Below, one piece after another: positions 1 through 64,000 of a stretch of DNA of 64,000 nt (its first letter is position 1; each line of letters opens with the position of its first letter). Below the pieces are notes generated by a model that searched no databases, had not been told where the DNA came from, and saw nothing but the letters and a program-made list of their open reading frames with translations. This DNA is from Lama guanicoe. Taxonomy: Eukaryota. Made by a program: the position numbers and the translations under genes. The stretch spans positions 1,689,003-1,753,002 of the forward strand of contig MU053559.1 in assembly GCA_013239625.1 (NCBI GenBank). Reading direction: 5' to 3'.

Positions 1-333
1 TGTGCCCTGCCCCTTTCCCTCCTGTCTCACTCTGATCACTCCATCCTCCTCCGCCAAAAGCCTGAGAAATGAGACATGATCAGTGGTTAAAATTACTTAG
101 AGTCCCATCCTAACTGTGAAAGGTACAGTCCTACCTCGTCCTCCTGGGGGCTGCAGGACTCACCCTGGAATAGATAGAAGCTTAACCCCTCTGAAGGACT
201 GTGTAGTTGTTCCTGAAATGCACACCCTCTGCCTGGTCTCTAAGATTCCTTCTGAGTTTCTTAGTCGTTGCCATTACTTCCACGCTCTCTCTGTCCTCCC
301 ACAGGCCTGACGTTTTCTTCCACTCTGTTTCAG

Positions 334-62594
<62,261 letters not shown>

Positions 62595-64000
62595 CTCCGC
62601 CCCGAGCCCCGAGAGACGGGGCGGGGCCCTGGCGGGGTGAGGATGGCCGCCAGCCCCAGTGCCGGAGGGGCGGGGCCCTGACTGAATGGAACTAACACTT
62701 CTATTTGATGGGGGTCGGAAGCTATCTTAACATTTAAAATTTCACCCCAGACGCAGCTGGTGGGGCTAAAGTGTCTCTGAACCACGACAAATGCAGACCT
62801 GTTCCCTCTTTTTCACACAGTAGTGCGCTGTTCAGCGTTAACAAACAAATAGCATGCTTTAATGGTCTCTTCATTCATTCACCTGCGGATCTAAACAAGG
62901 TGTGGCAGGTGCTGGGGGTCCCTCCCAGGAGAGGCTTCGGATCCAGACACAGTGGGGCCAGTCTAGCTGGCTGAGGGGGAAAGCAGGTTACGGGGAGAAC
63001 AGGCATAAAAAAAGATCATGAAGGAAGGCAGTTGAGACTGGACCTCCCAGGACGATGGGAAGCCGGAATCAGATGGGACAGAAAACATGAAACAGCAGTC
63101 TGGGAATGGAGGCTCCAGCATCAAAGCTGCATGACTTGCAACCTCCTAGCAAGACTCCTGCCGTTTTTGTTTGTTTGTTTGTTTTGTTTTTGTTTTTTTT
63201 TTTGCTCCCTGTGATTCCTTTAAACTGAAGATTGGAAAATATGTCCATGAACATTTCAACACGGGGGAACGAATTCTAGTCCCTTCTCTGGAACTCTCCA
63301 TAAAGAAGGTCCTGAAATGTTTAAAAACCAAAGGTAAAATAGTGTTATACTGTTGTTTTAAATGAAATCGGAGGACAGGAGAAACTGTGTAGAAACTGAT
63401 GGTGACGTCACTGCAAATCTCAAGTCAGTTCTCGAGGGCCCCCGTATGAGCTGCCTGCCTGGGACAGGAATAGGACTAGATACCTACTATGGGTTTAGGA
63501 ATAACACCAAAATGTGTGGGGTGCTGTGTTATCTAGGGAAGAGAAGGCAGCAAGAAGAAGAGGCAATAGGCTAGTATTCAGAGGGAAGAAATCTCACTGC
63601 AAAGAAAATACACAACTGAGTAGCGTTCCAAACTTGGAGCTAAAAAATGCCTGGGATTTCAGTGGCCACGTGAGGAACCTGAGGCAAGTCAATGGATGGT
63701 TAAGCACTGTTCAGCCTGGCGGAGGGTTCTGTCTGCTATAAGGTTAAGAATCCACATGTCTTGACCTTGAACGCCACGTAGAGAAGGATCACTTTCGTGG
63801 TACTGGGGAAGCTTATACCAGCTTAATATGTAAGTGTGATTTAAAATTTAGGTTTTTAGTTTGGGTTTTGTCATGGGTGAGCTCTCCTACCTGCCCACAC
63901 CCATAGTCGGTGAAATACTGAGAGAACTCTTGGAAACCAACCATGAGATTCTCCCCACATCTCTGTGCTTCAGTGCTAGTATATTTGAAAACCCAATTTC
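62595..64000 (+). other. SLC9A7: SLC9A7 3' UTR (partial, probably continues past the window)
   Basis: Follows the stop codon; I saw no AATAAA signal before the window end. Confidence 0.75.

Overview
This is mammalian genomic DNA, most likely camelid (inferred from five copies of a vic-1-like tRNA-derived SINE). It holds 16 consecutive + strand coding exons of SLC9A7 (NHE7, organellar Na+/K+-H+ exchanger), equivalent to exons 2-17, plus the start of the 3' UTR; exon 1 lies upstream of the window. The exons splice into one open frame of 1856 nt (617 full codons plus a split Gly and the stop at 62592-62594). Three introns are minor-spliceosome (U12) type: one AT-AC and two GT-AG. The introns are filled with ordinary mammalian repeats (L1, L2, MIR, hAT-Charlie MERs, MLT1/MLT2 LTRs, SINEs) and there is a 70-N assembly gap. 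I found no new multi-gene system. The most interesting signals are a possible in-frame U2 alternative around the AT-AC intron, an apparent tandem exon duplication (exons 13/14), two SINE insertions carrying L1 sequence inside their target-site duplications, and rearranged L1 insertions. Repeat family names and orthologue comparisons are from recognition and memory, not from a search; repeat boundaries are approximate unless a TSD is given.
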